Shown piece after piece: positions 30,680 through 40,870 of a DNA stretch of 64,000 nt. The stretch spans positions 1 to 64,000 of the IMG/VR virus record IMGVR_UViG_3300001525_000313. One strand, 5' to 3'. Below the pieces are notes generated by a model. That model was not told the origin of the DNA, ran no database searches, and saw only the letters and a program-made list of their open reading frames with translations. Positions within the stretch are counted from its first letter, which is position 1. Each line of letters opens with the position of its first letter. Source of the stretch: a virus. Lineage: Duplodnaviria > Caudoviricetes. Both the position numbers and the translations under genes were made by a program.

Positions 30680-33600
30680 TTACCTCGAAATATTTAATTC
30701 GCTTTTAAGTATAGATGCATTTGTAAAACCAAACTGTTTTAAAGTTGATGTTAAATCCTTTGCTAAATTTTCTTGTTCTACATTTAGCATATAATCACCA
30801 ACAGCTGTTTTTTCATTTTCTGTAAGTGTATTAATATTGTCATCTCTTACTTTATTAATAGCACTTACTATATTTGAATCAACAATATTACCATCATCAA
30901 TACTTTTACGTAATTTATTATACGCAAGCTTCTGTCTGACATTAACAAACTGGTTCATAACACCATGTGAAATATAATCATTTGCAGGGTCTGTATATGT
31001 AATATTTGATGGTAAAATATTTTCATTTACTTTCCAACTATTAATATAGTCTTGTGCATAACCTCTAAGTCTATTAGCAAAATCAGTACCTAAAAGATCT
31101 TTAATTCTATGAGTCGCACCAATTTCTCTAGCCCGGTCTATAGCCAATTCACGGCCAATCTCATATGCTGCTTTCTCTAAAACTTTACTAAATTCAATGT
31201 CCTTAATGAGTGAATCATTAATATCAGGAAGATCTGGGTTAGCTACACTAAAATAAGTATTATCAAATTTAAGTGTTACATCACATAATGGTGTAAATGA
31301 AACTTCAGATACATTATATATAGCTCCAAATGCATCACCACTAGTAAGCTTAACATTACCTGTTGATGGATCATTTTCAATCTGTGTGCTAAATAAATAA
31401 GCTAATACATTATATTGTTGTACACCATCAATATATAAATCATTATTATTTTTAATAGTTACAATTGTTCCAGCCGGTATATAAAGATCCTCTTGATTTG
31501 TGTTACTACTATAAAAATGCAGCGTGCTATAATTTATTGTACCATCTTCTACAGCATTTGCAGATCTAGTAAATCCACCAATATATGGTATTTCTCCATA
31601 AAAATTATTTGCATATACATTATTATATCGAGTATCATTTGCACCGATGTCAAACTGATCAGGTTTATCTGGTAATATATTTCCATGTGTAGTTATACCG
31701 TTTTTTGCATTAACTTTAATCTGTGATATATAATCGGTAATTACATTATCAGATACATCACGAATTTTAGCACATATATCGACAGTAGTATCTCCAAGCA
31801 AACTATACATAGCATCAATATATGCAGCGGTATTTTCATTTAAACTTTCAGCTGCTAATTTAACATCAGATGCACATACTGGAAATATAAGTGCAGAATC
31901 TGTTGTTGCTGTAATATAAGCTTTTGATGAATTTGTAATTCCGCCAGTATTTTCAGAGCTAGAATATAATTTAGTAATGTTTCCTATTGCTAATGGTATT
32001 TCTGAAGTACCATTAGCTGAATACAAAGTGTAAGTGTCATTATGGCTATTTATCCCAGCTAATGTATTAGATGATATACTTTGTCCGCTTGTTGTAGAAT
32101 ATGAGTAATCATATGTATTATTTAATAAAATATCTAAATTAGATTCATCTTTAAATACAACACTGGAACCACTATTAGTATTAGTGTAGTTATGATTGTC
32201 TGATAAACCATGATCTAAAGATATATGTGCAGACTTAATAAGTTTACCATCTAGCGTGCTATTATTATATGTAGTATTATATGAAATATCAGAAACCAAT
32301 TGTATCGTACTATCTGATGCGATTCTAGTAAAAGCATTATCTACATATGCTTCATGTATAACTAAGTTTGTATCATCACTATCATAGTTACCATTAGTAT
32401 GTACTCCAAAAGATGCCCGATATTCATTGTCTATATTACCAGTATATGCAACAGCATAGTTATATTCAGGATTTTTAAATACATCTGTTGGATTAAATGT
32501 TCCAGCTGACATATAAGACATATCGCCTATGTATGCAGCTTGTGACCAGCCAGCATTAATATTAACAGGTGATCTTGTAGATTTATCAAAAGATGCTACA
32601 GATAATTTAGCAGTATTGTCTACTGATTTATTTGCAACAACTTCTTCTGAATATGCTTGCCAACGTGTAGATGGCATAGCACCTCTACCAAGACGTACAT
32701 AATAATCATAATTAGATGTAGCACGACTATTATTTAAATATAAACCATTTCTAAATTGAACGGGACTATTAAATGATTTATAACCCCAGACTTCTTGATT
32801 AAATGAACCGTCTGCATTGTATGTATTCATTTTATGAGTTTTATTCTCATCAAATGATTTTTCCATATTACTTAAAGTACTATTATTTGTAATATCGCCA
32901 CGGCCATTTTCAGAGCTATTAGAACCACATGTATAAAAATGATCTCGAGATTGTATACCAACTGAATATATACCAACAGCCACTGAACTGACTAAATCAG
33001 TTAAACCATCATTACCTTTTTCCCAATTACTAGGAATATTACATGCATCATATGGAAGATCATCAGCATATGGTGACATAAATAAACCTTCAGAACTAAT
33101 ATTACCACCAACCCAATAATGGGTTGATTTATTGGTCTGACCATTTGTAGTATAGTCATCTTTATTAAGGTGAGATTCAATATAGGTTAAACTAGCACAA
33201 TCACAGAATAGTGTTTCATAGCAGTCTTCAGCTCCATTTTTTGCAACAAGAATTGGAGCATCCTCAAGGGCGGTACATCCTGAAAACATGCTAGCATAGC
33301 AGCTTTCAGCTAATGTTTGACTTGGTAATATTGGTGCTGATTTAAGATTTGAGCATTGATAAAACATCCATTTACATGCATATGGTGCTATATTTGGAAT
33401 TATTAATTTATCAGCATTAATAATTGCATCACAATGCCTAAACATGTTTATATAAGCATAATTTTTTACAATTCCATTATATGACATGGATTGTATATTA
33501 CCAGACAAATCAACATTAGCATCAGTTATTTCAAAATATACATAAGTTGAAGGTATCGGTGTATATGGTGCAATACATCTAAATTGTACAAAGTCATTTT

Positions 33601-34273
33601 TTGTTAGATTAATAATGCTATTAATATCATAATCAAACCAACCGGCATTATTTTTATTATACTGAAATAAAACTGGAGCATCCAAAGCATTAAATGTAAT
33701 ATTGCTGCCAGCTAGTATAACTTTTGCACTATTATCAGATGGATCATTTCTAGTTATAGTTAGTGGCTCACTTGCAAAATCACAGCCACCCATATGTACA
33801 TATAAAAAGTTATTCTTTAAATCTAAATAAAAATTTCGACCGTCATAACTATCATAAGTACCATCATCATTTTGTATTGGACTGCAACAATATGTAATAA
33901 TGCTATCTTTAAAAGTAATAGAAATGGTTTTTTCGTATGAGTGATATATACCGCTTGAAATAGTATTATCTACTTGTTGATCTATATAAGATAGCTCATA
34001 TTTTAAAAATAATGGATGATCATTTCCTTTATATGTTGCAACATCACAGCGAACTGTATCAGTTAATGGTCCTAATCGCCATGTAAAAGTTTTATTATTT
34101 TCAGTATCAGTTATTGATTTAAAATGTGAATCAAATCCTAAATTATATTTATCAAATATGGCATCTAATGTAAGCTTTCTAGTTTGTCCATAATAGACAT
34201 TTCCGGAAGCTTCTATTGAAGGATATAAAAGTTTTGCTAACTTCTCATAATCATCGTGTGGATTTACTGACAT
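30680..34273 (-). CDS. Tail fibre/receptor-binding-like protein with BspA-type leucine-rich repeats
   Basis: YINMFRHC, CKWMFYQCSNLKSAP, CYASMFSGCTALEDAP, CYETLFCDCASL; shares QExxGxKxF and GNILP...IG...RYNNVYA modules with 35961..38093. Confidence 0.65.
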   Translation of the reverse strand: MSVNPHDDYEKLAKLLYPSIEASGNVYYGQTRKLTLDAIFDKYNLGFDSHFKSITDTENNKTFTWRLGPLTDTVRCDVATYKGNDHPLFLKYELSYIDQQVDNTISSGIYHSYEKTISITFKDSIITYCCSPIQNDDGTYDSYDGRNFYLDLKNNFLYVHMGGCDFASEPLTITRNDPSDNSAKVILAGSNITFNALDAPVLFQYNKNNAGWFDYDINSIINLTKNDFVQFRCIAPYTPIPSTYVYFEITDANVDLSGNIQSMSYNGIVKNYAYINMFRHCDAIINADKLIIPNIAPYACKWMFYQCSNLKSAPILPSQTLAESCYASMFSGCTALEDAPILVAKNGAEDCYETLFCDCASLTYIESHLNKDDYTTNGQTNKSTHYWVGGNISSEGLFMSPYADDLPYDACNIPSNWEKGNDGLTDLVSSVAVGIYSVGIQSRDHFYTCGSNSSENGRGDITNNSTLSNMEKSFDENKTHKMNTYNADGSFNQEVWGYKSFNSPVQFRNGLYLNNSRATSNYDYYVRLGRGAMPSTRWQAYSEEVVANKSVDNTAKLSVASFDKSTRSPVNINAGWSQAAYIGDMSYMSAGTFNPTDVFKNPEYNYAVAYTGNIDNEYRASFGVHTNGNYDSDDTNLVIHEAYVDNAFTRIASDSTIQLVSDISYNTTYNNSTLDGKLIKSAHISLDHGLSDNHNYTNTNSGSSVVFKDESNLDILLNNTYDYSYSTTSGQSISSNTLAGINSHNDTYTLYSANGTSEIPLAIGNITKLYSSSENTGGITNSSKAYITATTDSALIFPVCASDVKLAAESLNENTAAYIDAMYSLLGDTTVDICAKIRDVSDNVITDYISQIKVNAKNGITTHGNILPDKPDQFDIGANDTRYNNVYANNFYGEIPYIGGFTRSANAVEDGTINYSTLHFYSSNTNQEDLYIPAGTIVTIKNNNDLYIDGVQQYNVLAYLFSTQIENDPSTGNVKLTSGDAFGAIYNVSEVSFTPLCDVTLKFDNTYFSVANPDLPDINDSLIKDIEFSKVLEKAAYEIGRELAIDRAREIGATHRIKDLLGTDFANRLRGYAQDYINSWKVNENILPSNITYTDPANDYISHGVMNQFVNVRQKLAYNKLRKSIDDGNIVDSNIVSAINKVRDDNINTLTENEKTAVGDYMLNVEQENLAKDLTSTLKQFGFTNASILKSELNISR

Positions 34274-34334
34274 ATTTAATACTCCATTGTAGAGATTAAT
34301 TGCTACTAATCGTGTTAGTATTGATATACAAATT

Positions 34335-34357
34335 AACCCAGCCGAAGTTGGGTTTTA
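34335..34357. terminator. Intergenic hairpin
   Basis: AACCCAGC-CGAA-GTTGGGTT (CUUCGG tetraloop on minus strand). Confidence 0.55.
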
Positions 34358-34379
34358 TTGTTTAAATTATTCATTATTT

Positions 34380-35036
34380 TTAATGCTTTTTGTTTAACCA
34401 AGAGCTATCATAATGATGTATTGAAATAGAATTTGACGTTAGCGTAATATCATTAGTAAACAAATTCTTTGGACAAAAATATTCTGTTGGATATATTTTA
34501 TAATCAAAAAAGTCTACAATCTTAGTATCATCAAAAGTATCACCAATAAATTCAAAGAATTGTCTTATGATTGTATTATAAATCCATCGCTTACCATATA
34601 AATTAGGAAATCTTTTAACGGTTTCATCAAACCATCGTATTGTAGCTATTATGAATCTATCATCTTTATGACACCCCCAAATACAACCATTACATACAGT
34701 TTTTTGTGGATTTATACGACTTATAAAGTTATCATTCAAAATTTCATCTGGTAAATGCTTAATAAATTCAACATCAGTGTCTACATAAATGCCGCCAAAT
34801 TGCTTTAATATATATAGCCTTGCTATATCAGAGCAAAATGCAAACTTACCATCATTATATGATTTATCATATAATTCTTTAAGTCCAGTAGTAAACTGTG
34901 ATGTGTCAATGTTAGACTCATTCCATTCAATTATTTCATAATCTGACATATATTTATGAAATGAATCTATACACTTTAAAACACTAGGTGTTTTCTCATT
35001 GCAAAGCCAAATGTAATGTAATAATTTAGGTATCAT
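34380..35036 (-). CDS. Glycosyltransferase, GT32/OCH1-like (DxD)
   Basis: MIPKLLHYIW, AFCSDIARLYIL, GGIYVDTDVE, YFCP, IHHYDSSW. Confidence 0.88.
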   Translation of the reverse strand: MIPKLLHYIWLCNEKTPSVLKCIDSFHKYMSDYEIIEWNESNIDTSQFTTGLKELYDKSYNDGKFAFCSDIARLYILKQFGGIYVDTDVEFIKHLPDEILNDNFISRINPQKTVCNGCIWGCHKDDRFIIATIRWFDETVKRFPNLYGKRWIYNTIIRQFFEFIGDTFDDTKIVDFFDYKIYPTEYFCPKNLFTNDITLTSNSISIHHYDSSWLNKKH

Positions 35037-35043
35037 GATTATA

Positions 35044-35931
35044 TTACCTATTGCTTATTCTAGGTATAAATTTAAGATCACCTGACATGTATTTATCGAA
35101 ATATTGCTGCAGTATTTCTTTTACAGTTGGATCATTTCTACTAATATCAGGATTAAAATTAAAAAATGTATTTAAGTCTTTTGAACCACAAAATTGGCCA
35201 CGTACAAAAATCTTAACACAAAATTCTTCAAAAGACTTTGTTATATAATGTCTTATATAAATTTTATCATATACAGGCGTATCAAGATCTGTTGAAAAAT
35301 CAGTTTTACACCAAGTGTAAACTTTACTTTTTGATACTGATGGAATATGCATATTACATCTTATAATTTTGCTATCCCATTTGTGCATATTAAACATCAT
35401 TTTACAAGATGCTTGGCTAGCCATTCGTTTACCAGTATAAAGTTGACATGTAGTATTATAATTTGTTTGTACATCGCTATCTGGTTTTAGTATATGACCA
35501 TTTGCATTGTAATTAAGCCATTGTAAAATAACAATATTGTAATTGTTATACTGTTTAAGTACATCAGATATATTTGAATCTTTATTTTCTAATGTAATAA
35601 ACTCATCTGAATCAATATATGCAACCCAATCTAAATTATCAGTTTTCTTAATATAATCAAGACATCGTTTAAAGAATTCTATTTGTAAACCATGTATATC
35701 TGTATGATCTTTTTTAATATTAATAACATTATTACGATCAAAAACATTATATACTGATAAAATACTTTTACATTCTACATTTGCATATTTATCACAAATG
35801 TCTTTGTGTGATAAGCTCCCAATATCTTCAAAAACATAAATCTTATCGATACCTATACTTAGGTGGTATTTAATCCATTCATCTAAGTATAGGTGTTCAT
35901 TTTTTATAATCGTTAAAATACCAGTTTTCAT
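35044..35931 (-). CDS. Glycosyltransferase, GT-A fold (family 2/92-like)
   Basis: IKNEHLYLDEWIKYHLSIG, WVAYIDSDEFI, HYITKSFEEF. Confidence 0.82.
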   Translation of the reverse strand: MKTGILTIIKNEHLYLDEWIKYHLSIGIDKIYVFEDIGSLSHKDICDKYANVECKSILSVYNVFDRNNVINIKKDHTDIHGLQIEFFKRCLDYIKKTDNLDWVAYIDSDEFITLENKDSNISDVLKQYNNYNIVILQWLNYNANGHILKPDSDVQTNYNTTCQLYTGKRMASQASCKMMFNMHKWDSKIIRCNMHIPSVSKSKVYTWCKTDFSTDLDTPVYDKIYIRHYITKSFEEFCVKIFVRGQFCGSKDLNTFFNFNPDISRNDPTVKEILQQYFDKYMSGDLKFIPRISNR

Positions 35932-35960
35932 AGCTGTAAATTATTATACACTATTATAAT

Positions 35961-38093
35961 TTAATTTACTATAGTTGCGAAACAAATACATGGAGTTCCT
36001 TTTCCTGGTTTTGCAATGTCAACACCATTATAAGTTTGTGTTTGATTATAACTATTTTGGCCAGCAGAAATCATTTTAGTAATTTTATACACAGTATTAT
36101 AAATTATATTAGTTGTGTTATGTACACAAACAGTATAATTACTGTGGTTAGTACTACCACCATGACCATATGCACCAGTACCAGTCTTAACGGTATTACC
36201 GGAACTAAATGTGATATTATAACCTGGGTTAACAACACCAGAACAATAAATGTCTATAATTTGTAAACTTATGCCAAAATATGACGCTAAATTTACTATA
36301 CCACTTTCACCAAGCTCTATATTATTTGTTACATCTATATTTTTTACAGTAAGAGTATTTGTACTTGGATTATAATAGAATTTATTTAATGTGCTGCTAT
36401 ATATTGTTTTATTACCTGGACTAAGACCGACATCAGCAGTATAACTTTCACGAAATACTAATGGATAAGCTTTATCGTCAGATATAGTATCTACATGTAT
36501 CTTAGTTGCAGAAGTAGCATTTCCTGATAATGAACCATAAAATGTTTTACAGTAACAAATATTAGTATTAGGGTTATATCTAAGAGCATTTTTAAAATCT
36601 GAATCAGTATATAAAGATTTTCTTGTATAAGTGCTAGTATCAGTACAGAATGAATCAGCAAAAATAACTGGGTATGATGAACTATTATTTTTACCACGAA
36701 TTTCAACTGATGTCACTGTAGAAAATGAACCTTCAACATCCCATGAATCACCATTATATATAAGTGGTACAACTGAATTCTCTGGTAAATCTAATCTAAG
36801 GTGATTTATACTTTTAGCACCCTTTGAACTTATATTTAATGTAGGTGATGTTGCTGAATTTCCTTTTGTAAATTTAATAAATACACGAGTACCAGCAGTT
36901 AAAGTAAAATTATCTATGGTTGCAGTTTTATTAACAGTACTTTTAGCTGTTGTACACTCAGCAATATACTGTGTAACTACATTTCCTGAAAATACTGGGC
37001 ATGTTAATTTATTAGTTGATGTATTATAATAAAATGAATTAACAGAATCAGCATATAAATTTTTAAATCCAGCTGAAAATGTTGCTCCTGCAGAAATTGA
37101 GCCACCTAATACAATATAATAGTTAGCATTAGAGTCAGAGGCATTAATATAAGGACTATAAGCTTTTTGAACTTTATCAATAGTGATAGAATTTGAATTT
37201 TTTCCACCTGCTTTAACTTGTAATGTACTACCAGCTGATGAACTTGAAGCAGTTGTCCATGTCAATTCTGGTGAAGCTTCTAAATTTGTTGCTATTGCTG
37301 CAGTTCCAGTAAAAGTAGTACCATTAAATGTAGTAGCATATACTGTATTCCACCGTCTATCATTATTACTATTATTAGCATCTAGCATACCAAGAGAATA
37401 TGCATTGTTTGCTGATGGCACAACATTATTATTGTGATAAGTTCTATCTTTAAATGTCTTTATACCATATATATCTTGAGGTTCACCAGTTGTAGTATCA
37501 TTAGCAAGATGTGTTGTTACTACACGATCAGCTAAATTTTGAACAGTTTGTGCTGATGCATAATAACTAGAAGGCGCTTGAATTGTATTTATCTGTGAAT
37601 CTTTTATAGCTAATACAAAATCAATTGTAGCAGTAAAGTCACCATCAGATTTTCTAGGAATTTCATCAACATGATGCCCTGCGTCAACCCTAGCAATTGC
37701 AACAAGTACAGCACTAGCATCAGCCTGTCCCTGTAATTTAGCAAAAACGGCTAAATTTCTTGCTAGTCCATAATATGTATCTGTATTTGATAATGCGCAT
37801 GTAAGTCTAACGGTTGGTATTTGTACCGGTTTACCTGACGAGCTATCAGCTGCATCGCATAATTCGGCTGAAGTTATATTACCAATAGATGTTTGTTTAT
37901 TACCACTACCAGTTGTTAGTGCTGTTACATCTAATGCACGCATTTGGTCTGGGTTATACCCACTAGTGTCCAAACTATATGTTCGTGCATACATCCATAC
38001 TACTGGCTTCTTTAGCTGGCTATTTGTACTAGATGTTGCTGAAGCAAATAAATTACTACCAGCTTGTGTTATAAAAGAGCTCTGAAATTGCAT
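35961..38093 (-). CDS. Tail fibre protein
   Basis: N-terminal ITQAG baseplate-attachment-like motif; Thr/Ser-rich; three repeats ending YNxxTNxL/I. Confidence 0.7.
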   Translation of the reverse strand: MQFQSSFITQAGSNLFASATSSTNSQLKKPVVWMYARTYSLDTSGYNPDQMRALDVTALTTGSGNKQTSIGNITSAELCDAADSSSGKPVQIPTVRLTCALSNTDTYYGLARNLAVFAKLQGQADASAVLVAIARVDAGHHVDEIPRKSDGDFTATIDFVLAIKDSQINTIQAPSSYYASAQTVQNLADRVVTTHLANDTTTGEPQDIYGIKTFKDRTYHNNNVVPSANNAYSLGMLDANNSNNDRRWNTVYATTFNGTTFTGTAAIATNLEASPELTWTTASSSSAGSTLQVKAGGKNSNSITIDKVQKAYSPYINASDSNANYYIVLGGSISAGATFSAGFKNLYADSVNSFYYNTSTNKLTCPVFSGNVVTQYIAECTTAKSTVNKTATIDNFTLTAGTRVFIKFTKGNSATSPTLNISSKGAKSINHLRLDLPENSVVPLIYNGDSWDVEGSFSTVTSVEIRGKNNSSSYPVIFADSFCTDTSTYTRKSLYTDSDFKNALRYNPNTNICYCKTFYGSLSGNATSATKIHVDTISDDKAYPLVFRESYTADVGLSPGNKTIYSSTLNKFYYNPSTNTLTVKNIDVTNNIELGESGIVNLASYFGISLQIIDIYCSGVVNPGYNITFSSGNTVKTGTGAYGHGGSTNHSNYTVCVHNTTNIIYNTVYKITKMISAGQNSYNQTQTYNGVDIAKPGKGTPCICFATIVN

Positions 38094-38131
38094 AATCTAC
38101 CCCAATATATATTTATATATAAAATTTATAT

Positions 38132-40768
38132 TTATTTTGCAACACCATCAACTTTACCTGAAATCATTGCTACAGTTGTACCGCTATGATTTACATTCAT
38201 ATTTGCTTCAACATCAGTTGAGTGTTGTTCATCCATTACACCTGGTACTTTCTGAACTGTAAATAATACATAAGCTGCGTTTATATTACTAATGTCGTCA
38301 ATTTCAAACTTTAACTTATATTTATAATTAAGTATCATGCAATACATATTAATATGTGATAAATCAAATTCAATTTGATTTCCAGCTTGATCATAAAGAC
38401 CAATTACATGATATTCTAAATTAATAGAATTCTCTGTGTAATAGTATAAATCCTCGGTGCCAATTTGATTGTACAATGTATTTTCATTGCTTAAAGATGT
38501 ATTTGTATGATTAGCATTAAACCATAATTTATGTACATTAGACATTTTATATGAAACATAATTATATGCACTATGAGGCGTAACAGTGTTTAACGCTTTA
38601 TTCAAATAAAATCCACCTGTGGCTGGATTCCCATATAAAAACAGATTTAAGTATTTATTTGATCCATATTCAAGTGATTGCTCATCAATGTACTGAGCTG
38701 TCCCGCTATTATAACCAAGTGATACTAAAGTATAATATACAGTTGGATCATAGTTAATTGGTGTTTGTTCATCATAGTAGTATATAGTATTTTCTAAGAA
38801 GTTATCATAAAATATTTTATTTCCACCTTGTGACTCAATAATGCCATCAGCTGGGTTTGTATCACTTCGCAAATAGCCAATATAGATTTTATCTAAATGT
38901 GATCTTGTTGGTCTGTCATATGACGTAAATGTAACTTCTGATACTGGTGGCTTATTATCTTTAACAATTCCATTTACATATTCTTTATGCTGTAGGTTAT
39001 TATGATTTTCAACTAATTCACCTTCAAGCTGAATTCTATTCTCGTTTTGTTTCAAATAAAACTGATTATATAATGAATTTTGCTGATTTTTATTATCAGT
39101 TGGTTCAAGCTCTGGTGATCGATCACGTTGCAACATGTCAACAAATGGTGCTTTTTCATTCCAAAACGGTTTATACTGTTTAAAATGATTTAAGAATAAT
39201 CTATTATATAATTCGCGTTTTAATAAAACATCATGTCTATATGGTGCAAAGTATTTTATATGTTTAATATCATTTGGATCATCAACTGAATCATTTGTAT
39301 GATAAAGCTCATCTTGTGTATAAGTATCACTAAATCTAGTAAGCTCATCGTCATTAAACATTGGACGTTTAATTAATTCAACATAGCTAGAGAGTTTATT
39401 GATAATATTATCAACAGATGTTTCATCAATATATGATTTTAATGCAATCTCAATTGGATTATCATCAGTGGAATTTTCTAAATTTGAAAGCTTATCAGCT
39501 ATAACTTTTTCTGAAAATCCAGTAAGCTCAGATGCTTTTACTATAAAGTTATCTTTATCGGTTGGAATATCCTTTATAATAATTTGATACTCGTCATATG
39601 TGCCTACTATACCAATACCAGTAGCTTTTCTATTAGGTGGTGTAAATACATAGCGAGTGTGCATATTGCATTTACTTGGAAAAACTGATTTAGTGCTTGC
39701 AAGCTCTGAACATTTATCATCAAGCACATAATCAACAGAATATTCTGGTTCTTCTACATAGCGTTCGCCATATTTATCATAGGCATAATATAAACCAAAT
39801 TCTCGTACCGGCCACCTATTCTTTTTTGTATAATGAGAATGACGCATATCATTCATATAATGATAATCAAACCAATATGGTGTATGCCATGGTGTATTTG
39901 AACCTAATGCCCAGTCATAATATGTAGATGCTGGAACAAAGCTACTATCTAAATTGAAATATTCTCTATCGCTATCATTAGCCGATGCATCAAATGTTGA
40001 TTCACAATTATCTTTATCATTACCATACTTAATAGCAGTATCTGTAATTTTACAATATTGATTATTTTCAGAATTCTCAGGGCAGTAATATACATTTTCA
40101 TAGCTTTCACCAAGATTACTTAATGAAATCCAATGATGATCACAGTCTTTCTCATATACAATTCTATCATAATCAAGCATATGTACTTGATAAAAATAAT
40201 TTGACTCATCTGGATATGTTGGACGTGGCCATGGTATGTATAAGTAAGTATAACCAGCTGGCAAACTTTGATTCATGATAATATCATTCATTAAAGCTGT
40301 TTTAGCTGAACTTAGAATCTTACCATCGGTAGATCTATGTGTATTACCACTTATATAGAAATAGCCATCTAATTCAGAACCCTGCTCATAGTGTCTTTTT
40401 ATTTGTATGTATCTGTAATTGTATGCTGATTTGTATTTAAATTCGTTTGACCATAAACCTTCAAACTGACCACCTGATTTTGCAATTGATTTTAAAGTGT
40501 TTAATCGTGTACGGTGATGATTAATAGCAGCATATATTCTGTAAAATCTACCATTTGGTAACCACTCATTAGACATATTCTCAGTCTTGATGTCCCAAAG
40601 AACAAGTTTTTCTCTAATATTATCTGCAGTTAATTCATCTATATCCAGACTTTGTATTAGCTCATAAGCATGATCTATAACTGATAATCGTAACTCTTCT
40701 ACAGCATCTTCCACGTCTGGCATATATTCAATTATATAATCTGGTAATAATTTCATAATTAATCTCAC
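38132..40768 (-). CDS. Putative baseplate wedge protein
   Basis: N-terminal KLLPDYI; lies between gp6/J-like gene and fibre gene. Confidence 0.5.
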   Translation of the reverse strand: MRLIMKLLPDYIIEYMPDVEDAVEELRLSVIDHAYELIQSLDIDELTADNIREKLVLWDIKTENMSNEWLPNGRFYRIYAAINHHRTRLNTLKSIAKSGGQFEGLWSNEFKYKSAYNYRYIQIKRHYEQGSELDGYFYISGNTHRSTDGKILSSAKTALMNDIIMNQSLPAGYTYLYIPWPRPTYPDESNYFYQVHMLDYDRIVYEKDCDHHWISLSNLGESYENVYYCPENSENNQYCKITDTAIKYGNDKDNCESTFDASANDSDREYFNLDSSFVPASTYYDWALGSNTPWHTPYWFDYHYMNDMRHSHYTKKNRWPVREFGLYYAYDKYGERYVEEPEYSVDYVLDDKCSELASTKSVFPSKCNMHTRYVFTPPNRKATGIGIVGTYDEYQIIIKDIPTDKDNFIVKASELTGFSEKVIADKLSNLENSTDDNPIEIALKSYIDETSVDNIINKLSSYVELIKRPMFNDDELTRFSDTYTQDELYHTNDSVDDPNDIKHIKYFAPYRHDVLLKRELYNRLFLNHFKQYKPFWNEKAPFVDMLQRDRSPELEPTDNKNQQNSLYNQFYLKQNENRIQLEGELVENHNNLQHKEYVNGIVKDNKPPVSEVTFTSYDRPTRSHLDKIYIGYLRSDTNPADGIIESQGGNKIFYDNFLENTIYYYDEQTPINYDPTVYYTLVSLGYNSGTAQYIDEQSLEYGSNKYLNLFLYGNPATGGFYLNKALNTVTPHSAYNYVSYKMSNVHKLWFNANHTNTSLSNENTLYNQIGTEDLYYYTENSINLEYHVIGLYDQAGNQIEFDLSHINMYCMILNYKYKLKFEIDDISNINAAYVLFTVQKVPGVMDEQHSTDVEANMNVNHSGTTVAMISGKVDGVAK

Positions 40769-40826
40769 TATAATTTATAGATGCTATATAGAATAAATTG
40801 GCTCATTACAATTTGATATATAAAAC

Positions 40827-40863
40827 AATATCCCGATAATCATATAAATGATGTCGGGATATT
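40827..40863 (-). terminator. Intergenic hairpin
   Basis: AATATCCCGAT...GTCGGGATATT. Confidence 0.55.
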
Positions 40864-40870
40864 ATTTATG

